Positions 39,244-49,190 of a DNA stretch of 64,000 nt are shown one piece after another. The position numbers and the translations under genes are program-made. The DNA comes from Candidatus Dormiibacterota bacterium (GTDB lineage: Bacteria; Chloroflexota; Dormibacteria; Aeolococcales; Aeolococcaceae). The stretch is from positions 1,792,001 to 1,856,000 of the forward strand of contig OY970355.1 of the NCBI GenBank assembly GCA_963718525.1, in the 5' to 3' direction. Under the pieces are notes generated by a model. The model did not search any database. It was not told the origin of the DNA and saw only the letters and a program-made list of their open reading frames with translations. Each line of letters opens with the position of its first letter. Positions within the stretch are counted from its first letter, which is position 1.

Positions 39244-41451
39244 GTGCCTAGGATGATCATGCGCAAACGGGTCGCGCTCCTATCGTTGTTGTCGCTTCTG
39301 GTGGCGCTGCTCACGGCCTTCGGGGGAGCGGCGGTGGCTACCGCGAGCGCGAGCAGCGCAAAGGCAAGCGCGGTGACAACATCCAGTCTGGGACGGTTCT
39401 CGCCGACGTTCGTCGGCACGGCTGCCACAGGCTGCGCACCCGGTTGCTCGCTCCTGAGCGGCCCAGTCAGCGCATCAGCCAGCGCGGCTGCCGCAGCGAA
39501 TGGCCACCCGGCCACTGGGGCGCGAGCCGGGACCCCATCCCGCCCGCATGCAATGGCGTTGCCAAATGCCCATCCCCTGCAGCTCTCCGCGGCCGCGAAG
39601 CGCGCTCTCGCCGCCGGCTCTTCCTTCCCCGTCCCGTCCGTGAGCTGCCAGCCGCTCGGCCCGGGCTGTGACCTCATCAGCACATCGAAGGGTGGCGCCA
39701 CCGGCGTGAAAGGCCTGAACGCGGTCGATAGCGCCAAACACACCACCAACATTTACCAAGACGTTGAGCCCCCCGACCAGGGCTTGTGCGCCGGTAACGG
39801 ATCCGTGGTCGAGACCAACAACATCGGCGAGATCCTGGTCTTCAACACCGCTTTGCATCGCACATCCGCGCCGATCTCGTTGGACACGATCATGGGGCTC
39901 GCCGGCCTGGGATGGAGCAGTGGCGGGGATCCCTCCTGCCTCTATGACGCTGCGAATGGCGGCCACTGGTTCATCACCGAGATCGTCTCGGCCAGCCCCG
40001 AGTCGAGTGGCGGCGCGTTCGTGGGCTGCTTCGCTGCTGTCGCCCACGCCTGCTACGAGGGCATCGCGGTCAGCGACGGATCCAACCCGCTCGGCGGGTA
40101 CCACACGTACTTCGCGAGCGCCGACTACAACCCGAGCGAGCCGGGCTCGCCCTACCTGCTCAACGACTTCGCGAAGATCTCAGTGACCCGGGACGCCTTC
40201 ATGATGTTCTACGACGAGTTCCCGCTCAACGGGTCGGCGCCTGGCTTCGGTAACGGCTTCTTTAACGGCGCGCAGGAGTTCGCCTTTGACAAGTCCGCCC
40301 TCGAGCAGGGCCTGCCTGTATGGCTGTCCCCCGGACACCCGAACCCCCGGGTCACGGTGGCGAGGGAGAACATGGGCCTGATCCCCACCCCCGACGGGAC
40401 CTGCGCTCGCGACAAGGTGCTCCACCAGGGCGGCATCACGTGCTGGGTTGCGGTGATCCCGGCACAGCCGGCAGACGCGGGCCAGTTTGACAACAGCAAT
40501 GGCGGCACCGGGTTCATGCTGGGCTCGCTGGACTTCTACGGCTTCGTTCCGCTGCCGACCTCCGGCGACAACCGGATCGCGGCGTGGGCCTGGACCGGGC
40601 TTTCCGCCCTCAACAGCGCGGGGTGCGCAACCTGTGGCGCCATCCGCTTCAGCGGCCAGCTCTTCTCCGGCGTCGATCGGTATTACGGGCCTGAGAACCT
40701 CTCCAGCCCGCAGAAGGCCGGTCCGATACCGCTGGGCGATGAGTGCGGAGCGGCCGGCCTGAGCGCGGGATCGCCACCGCCGGCGTCCTGCCCGGAGGGC
40801 GGGATCGCCACCAACGGCGACTTCATGACGCAGGTCTCGCAGTCGCAGGGTCAACTCTGGGGAGCCACCAATACAGAGCTCGCCCAGACATACGCCGGAG
40901 CCAATGCGGAGATCCACCAGTCCGCGGTGTACTGGGTGGTCGGCACCAGCTCGTTCGACACCACCGGCAAGTTCAGCCTGACCAACCAGGGGTATGTCTC
41001 GGCGGCGCACGAAGACCTGGAAATGCCGGCAATGGCCGCGGAAGGCACCGGTGGTAACGGCAAGGCGATCATGTTGTTCACGGTTAACGGCAACGGCGGG
41101 CCGACCGGCGCCGATGGCGGCGGTTTCTACCCGAGCACCGCCTTCGGGCGTCTGACCAGCACCTCCAACGGCCTGCTCACGTCCACGATCAACATCGCCG
41201 ATGCGGGCAAGTCCCCGCAGGACGGCTTCAGCGAGTACGCGGGCTACCCCGGCACCACCCGCCCCCGTTGGGGAGACTACAGCTGGGGAATCTTCCTGCC
41301 GGGCTCCGGCGGGCGGATCTACTTCGCGAACGAGTACATCCAGTACCCGAACTGCACAGGTGCCGCGTTCACCCTGACGATCGGAACCTGCGGCGGGACC
41401 AGGGACGGTAATGCGAACTGGGGGACTTCGGTCGACTACGTGGTTCCGTAG
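39244..41451 (+). CDS. Large secreted hypothetical protein
   Basis: Signal peptide; EPPDQGLCAG, GDPSCLYD, RWGDYS; many Cys/Gly. Confidence 0.82.
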   Translation: MPRMIMRKRVALLSLLSLLVALLTAFGGAAVATASASSAKASAVTTSSLGRFSPTFVGTAATGCAPGCSLLSGPVSASASAAAAANGHPATGARAGTPSRPHAMALPNAHPLQLSAAAKRALAAGSSFPVPSVSCQPLGPGCDLISTSKGGATGVKGLNAVDSAKHTTNIYQDVEPPDQGLCAGNGSVVETNNIGEILVFNTALHRTSAPISLDTIMGLAGLGWSSGGDPSCLYDAANGGHWFITEIVSASPESSGGAFVGCFAAVAHACYEGIAVSDGSNPLGGYHTYFASADYNPSEPGSPYLLNDFAKISVTRDAFMMFYDEFPLNGSAPGFGNGFFNGAQEFAFDKSALEQGLPVWLSPGHPNPRVTVARENMGLIPTPDGTCARDKVLHQGGITCWVAVIPAQPADAGQFDNSNGGTGFMLGSLDFYGFVPLPTSGDNRIAAWAWTGLSALNSAGCATCGAIRFSGQLFSGVDRYYGPENLSSPQKAGPIPLGDECGAAGLSAGSPPPASCPEGGIATNGDFMTQVSQSQGQLWGATNTELAQTYAGANAEIHQSAVYWVVGTSSFDTTGKFSLTNQGYVSAAHEDLEMPAMAAEGTGGNGKAIMLFTVNGNGGPTGADGGGFYPSTAFGRLTSTSNGLLTSTINIADAGKSPQDGFSEYAGYPGTTRPRWGDYSWGIFLPGSGGRIYFANEYIQYPNCTGAAFTLTIGTCGGTRDGNANWGTSVDYVVP

Positions 41452-41463
41452 CTCCGCGCAAGA

Positions 41464-41497
41464 GCAGGTGGTGGGCTGACAGCAGCCCGCCACCTGC
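41464..41497 (+). terminator. Strong hairpin downstream of secreted protein gene
   Basis: GCAGGTGGTGGGCTG-ACAG-CAGCCCGCCACCTGC, 15-bp stem with one G-U. Confidence 0.7.
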
Positions 41498-41597
41498 CTG
41501 AGCGCCACGATGTTTGATTCGTGGCCACCGGCCGGCAGGCGGTGACGGTATGGCTGCGATCCTCATGAATTGGACGGTCGCGGACTACCCTGGATCG

Positions 41598-41930
41598 ATG
41601 CCCAACGCTTTCACTCGCGTTCCCGATTCGCCCGTACCGCCGCCAGGCCGCTTCGGCTCCGCGGTGATCCCCGTCGCCGATGCCTTCATGATCGCCATGT
41701 TCTCCAAGCCGCCGAGCGGAACGCTGCGGACCACCTGGGTCACCCCGTCGACGTATTGGATGACGCTCGCGACGTTCCTTGGCGCTGTGGTCATCGCCGG
41801 GTTGCTGCTCTCGGGGCTGGTGGGGAGCATCACCACCATATCGATCGTCGGCGTGGTGATCTGCTTCCTGTTCGCCATCGGCGCGGGATCTGTCGCCGTC
41901 GTCGGGGGATGCCAGCGCCGCGCGGTCTGA
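41598..41930 (+). CDS. Small two-TM hypothetical membrane protein
   Basis: Two hydrophobic segments; start uncertain (ORF open from 41514). Confidence 0.55.
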   Translation: MPNAFTRVPDSPVPPPGRFGSAVIPVADAFMIAMFSKPPSGTLRTTWVTPSTYWMTLATFLGAVVIAGLLLSGLVGSITTISIVGVVICFLFAIGAGSVAVVGGCQRRAV

Positions 41931-42023
41931 GCTCGCCCACGCCGAAAACGCATACTTGCGCGCACTCGGTAAGGTCGGCATTCTCGCCAAAGGCCCTCCG
42001 AGCGTCCACGAAGGAGGCTTGCC

Positions 42024-42290
42024 ATGCCGAAACTGGTCATGACTCACGCTGTCGCCGATGTCGAACGCTGGCTCAAGGGCAAGGACGAGCGTGCCGCGAC
42101 AATTGGCGCGGTCGCCACGAACGTGACGGACCACGTCGCGGCCGACGGGAGCAATAACGTCGCCATCACCGCCGACGTCCACGACGCGGACGCCGCGCAG
42201 GCGATGGTGAACTCCCCCTCGCCCGAAACGGTTGCCCTGATGCAGAGCCACGGCGTCATCCCCCCGGTGACCACCTACATCGAGAGGTAG
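42024..42290 (+). CDS. Small hypothetical protein (dimeric alpha-beta barrel-like)
   Basis: AAGGAGG RBS; HAVADVERW...MQSHGV pattern. Confidence 0.75.
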   Translation: MPKLVMTHAVADVERWLKGKDERAATIGAVATNVTDHVAADGSNNVAITADVHDADAAQAMVNSPSPETVALMQSHGVIPPVTTYIER

Positions 42291-42352
42291 CCCGAGGGCG
42301 GGATTCGTCGCGCCCGAGGTTGACCTCAGCGGCGCTGGGGGAGAATCGGGTC

Positions 42353-43609
42353 ATGCGCCCTGTCGTCGCTCGCCCTGACGGCGAGATCGAAGTCCTCGGA
42401 GGATTCCATCCCGCCGGTCGATCCGGCGGAAGGCTGGTCAAGCTCGACGCCGCCCAGATGATCCCGCTGCCCGAAGGCACGACCCTCATGCACCTGCCGG
42501 GGCGGCGGACGCTGGCACTCGACTCCAAGGATCGCCCGGTCGACGTCGAGGCGGACCTGCTCCCCGTCGCCGCCGTGCTGCCGGTCGGCTATCTGCGAAC
42601 GCTGCTGCCCGCGTCGCGGCCGCTGCCGGGGAGTCGCCGGCTTCCTCTCTATGGATATGCGGCTGTGGTTGAGCACCACGACGCGCTGATGGTCGCGGCG
42701 CTGAGCACCGATGCGTTCGGTTGGTGGGAGCCGGGACGCTATGCCGGCGGCGGGCTCGACGCGGCCATCGAGAGCGCACGCCAGGCACTCCCGGGCAACC
42801 GGCTGGTCGACCATCTCGCCATCTGCGCCACCGATCTGCGCTGCTACACGGCGCAGAACACCTTCCTGCGCCGTTACGAGGGAGCGCTGCCAGCGTCGCC
42901 CGCCTGCAACGCCGACTGCCTCGGGTGCATCTCGCTGCAGACCGACGGTCAGGCACCCGCGCCCCAGCCCCGAATGCGCTTCGCACCGACCGCCGACGAG
43001 CTCGCAGGCATGGCGTCATTCCATCTCAGCGGCTCCGACGCTGGGATCGTGTCCTTCGGCCAGGGATGCGAGGGCGAGCCGCTGACCCGGGACGACGTCC
43101 TGGCCCGCGCTGTCGCGATGATCCGCACGGATCATCCCCAGGCAACGATCCACGTCAATACCAATGGCAGCCGCCCTCACGTCCTCCAGCGCCTCATCGA
43201 TGCAGGCTGCAACAGCGTCCGGATCAGCGCGATCTCGTTCACCGATCCGGTGTTTCGCGCGTACTACCGCCCCGTCGGGTACTCGATCGAGGACGTCATC
43301 GAGTGTGGCCGGGTGATGTCCGCGTCAGGGGGCCAGGTGTGCCTGAACCTGCTCACCTTCCCCGGGCTCACCAACTCGAACGCCGAGCTCGACCGGACCG
43401 CTGCGGCGGTGGTTGAGATGGGAGCACGGCAGATCCAGTGGCGTTCACTCAACTGCGATCACGACTGGCTCGTCGACGTCCTGGCGGCTCGCGGGCTGCT
43501 GCCCGATGACGGGATCGGCTTGGCCGCCGCGTATCACGACCTCGTTGATCGGCTCCCGGGCGTGACGCATGGCAACTTCACGCGGCCCGTCGCGATGGCC
43601 CTGGATTGA
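42353..43609 (+). CDS. Radical SAM protein
   Basis: CNADCLGC (CX3CX2C), SFGQGCEGEP, NTNGS; ORF open from 42320. Confidence 0.9.
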   Translation: MRPVVARPDGEIEVLGGFHPAGRSGGRLVKLDAAQMIPLPEGTTLMHLPGRRTLALDSKDRPVDVEADLLPVAAVLPVGYLRTLLPASRPLPGSRRLPLYGYAAVVEHHDALMVAALSTDAFGWWEPGRYAGGGLDAAIESARQALPGNRLVDHLAICATDLRCYTAQNTFLRRYEGALPASPACNADCLGCISLQTDGQAPAPQPRMRFAPTADELAGMASFHLSGSDAGIVSFGQGCEGEPLTRDDVLARAVAMIRTDHPQATIHVNTNGSRPHVLQRLIDAGCNSVRISAISFTDPVFRAYYRPVGYSIEDVIECGRVMSASGGQVCLNLLTFPGLTNSNAELDRTAAAVVEMGARQIQWRSLNCDHDWLVDVLAARGLLPDDGIGLAAAYHDLVDRLPGVTHGNFTRPVAMALD

Positions 43610-43666
43610 GCCCGAGGCGGGCGTGGTATCGTCAGGTCGTCCCTTCCGAGTGAACCAAGGCGCCCC

Positions 43667-43888
43667 ATGAAAGCTGCGATCCATCCCGTCTACCACGTCG
43701 ACGCTGAAGTCCATTGCCTGTGCGGCAACACCTTCACCACCGGCTCCACGCTCACGGAGCTGAAGACCGAGGTGTGCTCGGTGTGCCATCCGTTCTTCAC
43801 CGGGACGCAGCGCATCGTCGACACCGGCGGTCAGGTCGAGCGCTTCCGCCGTCGCGCCGAGCAGGCCAAGCAGGCCAAGCAGGCCTAA
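43667..43888 (+). CDS. rpmE: 50S ribosomal protein L31 (zinc-binding type)
   Basis: [30 protein letters not shown]. Confidence 0.97.
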   Translation: MKAAIHPVYHVDAEVHCLCGNTFTTGSTLTELKTEVCSVCHPFFTGTQRIVDTGGQVERFRRRAEQAKQAKQA

Positions 43889-43930
43889 CCCGGAGCTGAT
43901 CGAAAGACCCCTCGACTCTGGCGACCACGG

Positions 43931-46249
43931 CTATGACCGTCCCTTCAATATCGACAGTGATCCTGCCGACAGATCCGTGGCGTAAACGGTATTGGTCTCC
44001 TGGTTGACTGCGACGCCGAACGGCTGTGAACCCACGGCCTGTTCGGGTGCAGGTCTCCCGCAACCGCTGGTGACCTCAGCGTTGCATGTTGATCCGTTGA
44101 TCACCGATACCCCGGCACTCGAGTAATCGGCGACGTAGATCGTGTCTGTTCTGATATCGACTGCGAGGATGAGTGGCGATCGCCCAATCACCACCGTGGG
44201 GAATGGGCCTGCACAGCCCGCGGTGTCGTGGCCATTGCAGGTTGCGCTATTGATCACCGACACGGTCCCGGGCGTGTCTCCGTTGGTATTGTTCGCCACA
44301 TAGACGGTGTTCGTGGCGTCGTCGACGCCCACACCGAACGGGCCAGCGCCAACTGTCAATGTGGCTGCGAGGGAACCGCAACCCGAATGGTCTGTGCCGT
44401 TGCACGTGGCCCCGTTGACGACGTCAACGGTATCACCCGATGCAAACGGGTTCCCCACGTTCGTCGCGTAGATTGTGTCCTGCTTCACACTGACCGCCAC
44501 AGCGGCCGTGTTCTCACTGATCGCAACCACGGACGGGGTCTGTCCGCAGCCCGATGTCACCTCAGCATTACACGTAGCGGCGTTCATCACCGCGAGCTCG
44601 TTTGAATTTGTGCCGAAGGGAACGTAGAGAGACTGTGTCGCGGGGTTGAGCGCCGGCGGGAGGGGGCCTGGGCCCACCGTGATCGTCGCCGCCGGGGCGG
44701 CACATCCGGCGGTGTGAGCCGCGTTGCAGGTGGCGATGTTGACGGCCACGACGATGCCTGAGCGGTCGGATACGTACAGCGTGTGATCGGCGTCATCGAT
44801 CGCCCCCATAAGGTCGTCGGGACTGACCATCGGGATCTCAGCGACCGGCGCGCATCCCGCGACGTGTTTGGCGTCGCAGGTCGCCCCCTTGATCACGTCG
44901 ATCTCGGGAAGGTTCAGGTTGGTCGCGTAGATCGTGTTCGTGGCCGGGTCGACCGATACCTCGTACTCCGGATCGGGCGCACTCGGCGCAACCTTGAGGC
45001 AGCCAGAGGTAGTGACGGCGTTGCATCGGCCGAGCGTGATCACCGAGGCTCGGTTCTCGCCGCCGACGGTGACCAGGTAGGCGGTGTCGGTCCCCGGGAG
45101 CAGCGTGATCGTATTCGGGTTCGCGGTGTACCCGGGGTTGTGATTCGATCCAGCCTGCGCGGCCGGTGTTGTCGTTGAGCAACCCGATGTCACAGTGCCT
45201 TTGCAAGTGTGCGTGTTGATCGCGGAGAGCGTGTCGTCTGATCCATTCAGCGCGAAGACGGTGTGCAGCCGGTCGTCGACCGCCACAGAAACTGGTCCGC
45301 CGCCGACAGACACGGTCGGCGGTGCGCTACTGCATCCGACCGTTATCTCGCCGTTGCACCGAGCGCCATTGATGACCGCGACCGTGTTGACGTTGTTGCT
45401 CGCGACGTAGATGGTATTGGTCTCCTGATCGACGGCATCCCAGAAGGAGCCACTGCCAACGGTGACGGTGTGCGGCGCCGATCCGCAGCCGCTGCCGGTG
45501 CTCCCGTTGCAGGTGGCGCCGTCGATCACGGACACGGTGCTTCCACCTCCGGAATCGTTGTCGGCGGTGTAGATCGTGTCTGTCGCGACATCGACGTCCA
45601 GGGCTTGAGGACCGAAGGTGTCGGTCACCGTCTTCACTGGTTTTCCGCACCCGCTCGTCGTCAGGGCGTTGCAGCTGGCGCCGTCGATCACGAAGACGCT
45701 GCCCGGAGCAGGGCTCGCGACGTAAAGCGTTCGAGTCATGGGATTGAAGACGTCATCGACAGGGAACCCACCCGTATCGATGGTCGCCACCGGCGTGCTG
45801 CAGCCGCTCGTGACCGTCGCATTGCACGTGGATCCGTTGACCACAGAGACACTTCCTGTGCCGTTCGCAACATAGATGGTGTCGGTCTTCTCGTCCACCG
45901 CCGCCGCCAGCGGACTGTCGCCAACCCTTGCTCTGGCGACGACATGGCAATCCGTTGTGATCACGGAGTTGCACGTCGAGGTGTTGATCAGGTCCATTTC
46001 GTGCGTGAGGGGTGCCGGCGGACAGCCGATGGGGCATTGCACGGGCACGTACAGGGTGTCCGTCCTCGGATTGACAGCCGGAGTCCCCGGGCTTCCGTCG
46101 AGGTTGATGAACCCTCGCTGGATCGAGGCGGGTACGGCTGGGCTGGCGCTCGGTGTGATCCGCGCTCCGACCTGTAGTGGGCTGGCGATGGCCATGAGGA
46201 CCAAGGCAACCACGGCTCCGGGTACGAGACCGCCCTTCCTGAGGCGCAT
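43931..46249 (-). CDS. Secreted YVTN/YncE-type beta-propeller repeat protein with Cx7C loops
   Basis: Signal peptide; 14 AVD..TxTIYV-type blades; 13 CNxxxxxGC-type inserts. Confidence 0.85.
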   Translation of the reverse strand: MRLRKGGLVPGAVVALVLMAIASPLQVGARITPSASPAVPASIQRGFINLDGSPGTPAVNPRTDTLYVPVQCPIGCPPAPLTHEMDLINTSTCNSVITTDCHVVARARVGDSPLAAAVDEKTDTIYVANGTGSVSVVNGSTCNATVTSGCSTPVATIDTGGFPVDDVFNPMTRTLYVASPAPGSVFVIDGASCNALTTSGCGKPVKTVTDTFGPQALDVDVATDTIYTADNDSGGGSTVSVIDGATCNGSTGSGCGSAPHTVTVGSGSFWDAVDQETNTIYVASNNVNTVAVINGARCNGEITVGCSSAPPTVSVGGGPVSVAVDDRLHTVFALNGSDDTLSAINTHTCKGTVTSGCSTTTPAAQAGSNHNPGYTANPNTITLLPGTDTAYLVTVGGENRASVITLGRCNAVTTSGCLKVAPSAPDPEYEVSVDPATNTIYATNLNLPEIDVIKGATCDAKHVAGCAPVAEIPMVSPDDLMGAIDDADHTLYVSDRSGIVVAVNIATCNAAHTAGCAAPAATITVGPGPLPPALNPATQSLYVPFGTNSNELAVMNAATCNAEVTSGCGQTPSVVAISENTAAVAVSVKQDTIYATNVGNPFASGDTVDVVNGATCNGTDHSGCGSLAATLTVGAGPFGVGVDDATNTVYVANNTNGDTPGTVSVINSATCNGHDTAGCAGPFPTVVIGRSPLILAVDIRTDTIYVADYSSAGVSVINGSTCNAEVTSGCGRPAPEQAVGSQPFGVAVNQETNTVYATDLSAGSLSILKGRS

Positions 46250-46363
46250 GTCACCACCTCCGTGCGCGTCCCAGTTGTGCGGTCACAACCGGAGTCCGCG
46301 ACCTTCTCTCACCGCCTCCGCGGCTTCTGTTCAATCAGGCGTTCATTTCGGGTGAACGAATGT

Positions 46364-48994
46364 TCAGTCGCTGACAGCGCGGCCGATGGACACGCGCCAG
46401 GCAATGTCCACGCGAGGATCCGGTTTGTACGCGCAGACCGTTCCGGTGTGGATCGTCGCATCGAGGTGGGCGCCCAGGTCGGCGTTCGCGGCGGCAATGC
46501 GCTGCAGTGCTGACCTGACCGCGCGCACCACGTTCAATCGGGCCCGCTCTGCGATCGACCCGGCATGGCGCGAGCGCCCTCCCAGCCCGAGCGCCCTACT
46601 CAGCTCGTGGGTGATGAAGTCCATCTCCTCGCGGAGAAGACCGACCTCATCCTCAGTACCCGACGCGTCGGCGGTCTCGATCGCCTCATGCAGCTCGGTC
46701 ACCCGAGCGCGGTATGCCCGGCGTGCCTCCGCATCGAGCAGCTCCCCCGCGTCGCTCGACGCGATCGCATGGGCCGTCTGACCGTCACCTGGTGAGCCGA
46801 GACGTTCGAGATCAAGAGCCGCGTGCGGACGTCCGGGGTCCGCAAGCAAGTGCGCGAGCACGCGGAGCCCCTTGCTGTCGCGAAGCCGGATGACTCGCGT
46901 CGCGTACGTGATTGCCCAGTATTCGCCCTCGAGCTCGAACCGGGCGTCCTCGTTGGCTAGGATCGGTGCCTCGAGGACACTCCCGTCGACACGGCGTCGC
47001 CGAATCGGGATGGTCCCGGTGTGACGCATAGCGTGCCTGAGCGCCTCGTCGATCGTGAGCGTCTCTCCTTCGGCACCTGCTGTGAGAAACGCTGCGTCAC
47101 CGAGGTGTCCGCGTAGCGTCTGCGCCCATAGCTCGTAGCGCTTCCGCTCGTCGCCGAGCATGCGGAATCCCAGTGCACGTTCTTCGGCCTCGACCGCACC
47201 CCAGACCCGGGCGGCAAGGGGATATGCTCCCAGCCCGACCAGGGCGCTTGCGATGCCTGCCGCGCAGAGGATCCGGCTGCGGCGTTCGCTTGCCCCGGTG
47301 ATCTCCAGGCTCGCCTGGTAGTACGCAACAGCACCCCGAAAGTCGCCGCGATCCAGCGCCAGGTCGCCGAGGCTGTGCATCGAGTGCCTGACCAGGCCCG
47401 GAAACGAGGACCGGGCCAGCCGGATCGCATCCGTGAACAGCCCCTCGCTCTCATCGTACGATCCCTGATCACGTGCGACGCCGGCGAGCAGGTGCAAAGT
47501 CGCCGCTCGTCCCGCGTTGTCAGCGATCGCTTCGAACAATTCCAGGGCGTCGCGATGAATGCCGATAGCCATTTCCAGATCTGCACGCTCGCTTGCGATC
47601 CGGCCGAGGCGGTTGAGCAGAAAGGCCACCCTCTGCGTGTTCCCGAGCTCACGGTGGAGAGCTAGGCTCTGTGTGTAGTACCGCTCGGCCTGGTCAGCGT
47701 CGGTCACGACGAAATAGTCGAGGAGTCCCGCCGCTTCCAGTGCAGCCGCGCGCAGCGAAGGGCTGACCGACGACTCTTCGAGCGCGGCCAACTCCAGCCA
47801 CAAACACGCATCGTGGCGATGGCCCCGGTCGATCCAGAACCTGGACAGTGCGATCCCGAGTCGCAGGCAAAGATCTGCGTTGCTCGTCGTCTGCGTCCAG
47901 GCGAGGGCAGCGCGCAGGTTTGCCACGTCGTCGTCGAGTTGTCCGAACGTCTCAGGATTGGACGGCCAGCTCTGTATGCCGGCCATCGCCTCGGCGGCCT
48001 GGGTGAAATACGCACCATGACGTCCCGCGAGCTCGTCTCGCTCGGCGACGGTCAGCCGCTCGGCGGCGAACTCCTGCACGGTCTCGAGCAGCGCGAAACG
48101 ATCGTCCCGCCCCCGATGGACGAGACTCTTGTCGACGAGCGATGAGATCGTCGCGAGGTCTGCAGCACACACCTCCTCCGCAGCCCTCAGATCGAAGCTG
48201 GCTGGAAATATCGCGAGGTGCTTGAACAGTTCACGTTCCCGCGTGGACAGCAGGTCCTCACTCCATTCAATCGTTGCTCTGAGTGTTTGATGACGTGCGG
48301 GCATGTCACGCGCCCCACCCGTGAGCATCGGCAATCGACGTTCCAATCGCGTCAGCAACGCACCAAGAGGCAGTACGTTCACCCGCGTTGCGGCAAGTTC
48401 GAGGGCGAGCGGGAGGCGGTCGAGACGGCTGCAGATGGCATCGACCGTCTCGTCTTCGACGAACGCGGGATCTACAGCACGAGCTCGCTCGACGAAGAGG
48501 GCGACCGCATCGGAGGGGCACAGCGGCTGCACCGTGAAGCGCTGTTCAGCGGTCAGGCGGAGTGGCTCGCGGCTGGTGACGAGGATGTGGACCGAGGGGC
48601 ACGCGGCGAGCAATGACGCGAGCAAAGGCGCGACTGCGGCCACAACCTGCTCGACGTTGTCGAGCACCAGGAGAAGGCTTTGCGCCCCAAGGTGGTCGGC
48701 GACCGAACCGTTGGCCCCGACCGATCGCGCGATTGTCTGCTCGACCAGGCGAGGGTCCCTAACGGGCGCCAGCGGCACCCAGCAGACACCGGCCGGGAAC
48801 CGCTCGGCAGCGTCGACGGCGATCTGGATTGCGAGGCGAGTTTTGCCTGAGCCACCCGCGCCAAGCAGGGTCACCAGTCGATGCGTACAGAGCAACGCAC
48901 CAGCGACCTGCAGCTCATCCACCCGGCCGATGAACCGGCTCTGCTGGACTGGAAGATTCATCGCGGAAACCCTCTGCTGAGGGGCACCGTACAC
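46364..48994 (-). CDS. STAND-type ATPase (AfsR/NB-ARC-like) + TPR + C-terminal putative DNA-binding domain
   Basis: FIGR, GAGGSGKT, LVLDNVEQ, TSREPL, LPLALELAA; TPR helices; C-terminal DSKGLR..LL, ERARLNV..AV, TGTVCAY. Confidence 0.85.
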   Translation of the reverse strand: MYGAPQQRVSAMNLPVQQSRFIGRVDELQVAGALLCTHRLVTLLGAGGSGKTRLAIQIAVDAAERFPAGVCWVPLAPVRDPRLVEQTIARSVGANGSVADHLGAQSLLLVLDNVEQVVAAVAPLLASLLAACPSVHILVTSREPLRLTAEQRFTVQPLCPSDAVALFVERARAVDPAFVEDETVDAICSRLDRLPLALELAATRVNVLPLGALLTRLERRLPMLTGGARDMPARHQTLRATIEWSEDLLSTRERELFKHLAIFPASFDLRAAEEVCAADLATISSLVDKSLVHRGRDDRFALLETVQEFAAERLTVAERDELAGRHGAYFTQAAEAMAGIQSWPSNPETFGQLDDDVANLRAALAWTQTTSNADLCLRLGIALSRFWIDRGHRHDACLWLELAALEESSVSPSLRAAALEAAGLLDYFVVTDADQAERYYTQSLALHRELGNTQRVAFLLNRLGRIASERADLEMAIGIHRDALELFEAIADNAGRAATLHLLAGVARDQGSYDESEGLFTDAIRLARSSFPGLVRHSMHSLGDLALDRGDFRGAVAYYQASLEITGASERRSRILCAAGIASALVGLGAYPLAARVWGAVEAEERALGFRMLGDERKRYELWAQTLRGHLGDAAFLTAGAEGETLTIDEALRHAMRHTGTIPIRRRRVDGSVLEAPILANEDARFELEGEYWAITYATRVIRLRDSKGLRVLAHLLADPGRPHAALDLERLGSPGDGQTAHAIASSDAGELLDAEARRAYRARVTELHEAIETADASGTEDEVGLLREEMDFITHELSRALGLGGRSRHAGSIAERARLNVVRAVRSALQRIAAANADLGAHLDATIHTGTVCAYKPDPRVDIAWRVSIGRAVSD

Positions 48995-49190
48995 CTGATA
49001 CGGTGCGGAGGCTTGGCGCTCCGGTCACCTATCCCGTGGGGCCCACGCGCGTCAACGCCTCCTCCCCGTGGCTCGGTGGCTCCCTATGGCGCGGCATCCT
49101 ACCACCGATTTGGGTACTACTACTAGCATGCGAACGATGATCTCAGTCCGCCGTGGCCGCGACCTCATGCTCACCGTCGCGGTCAACGCG

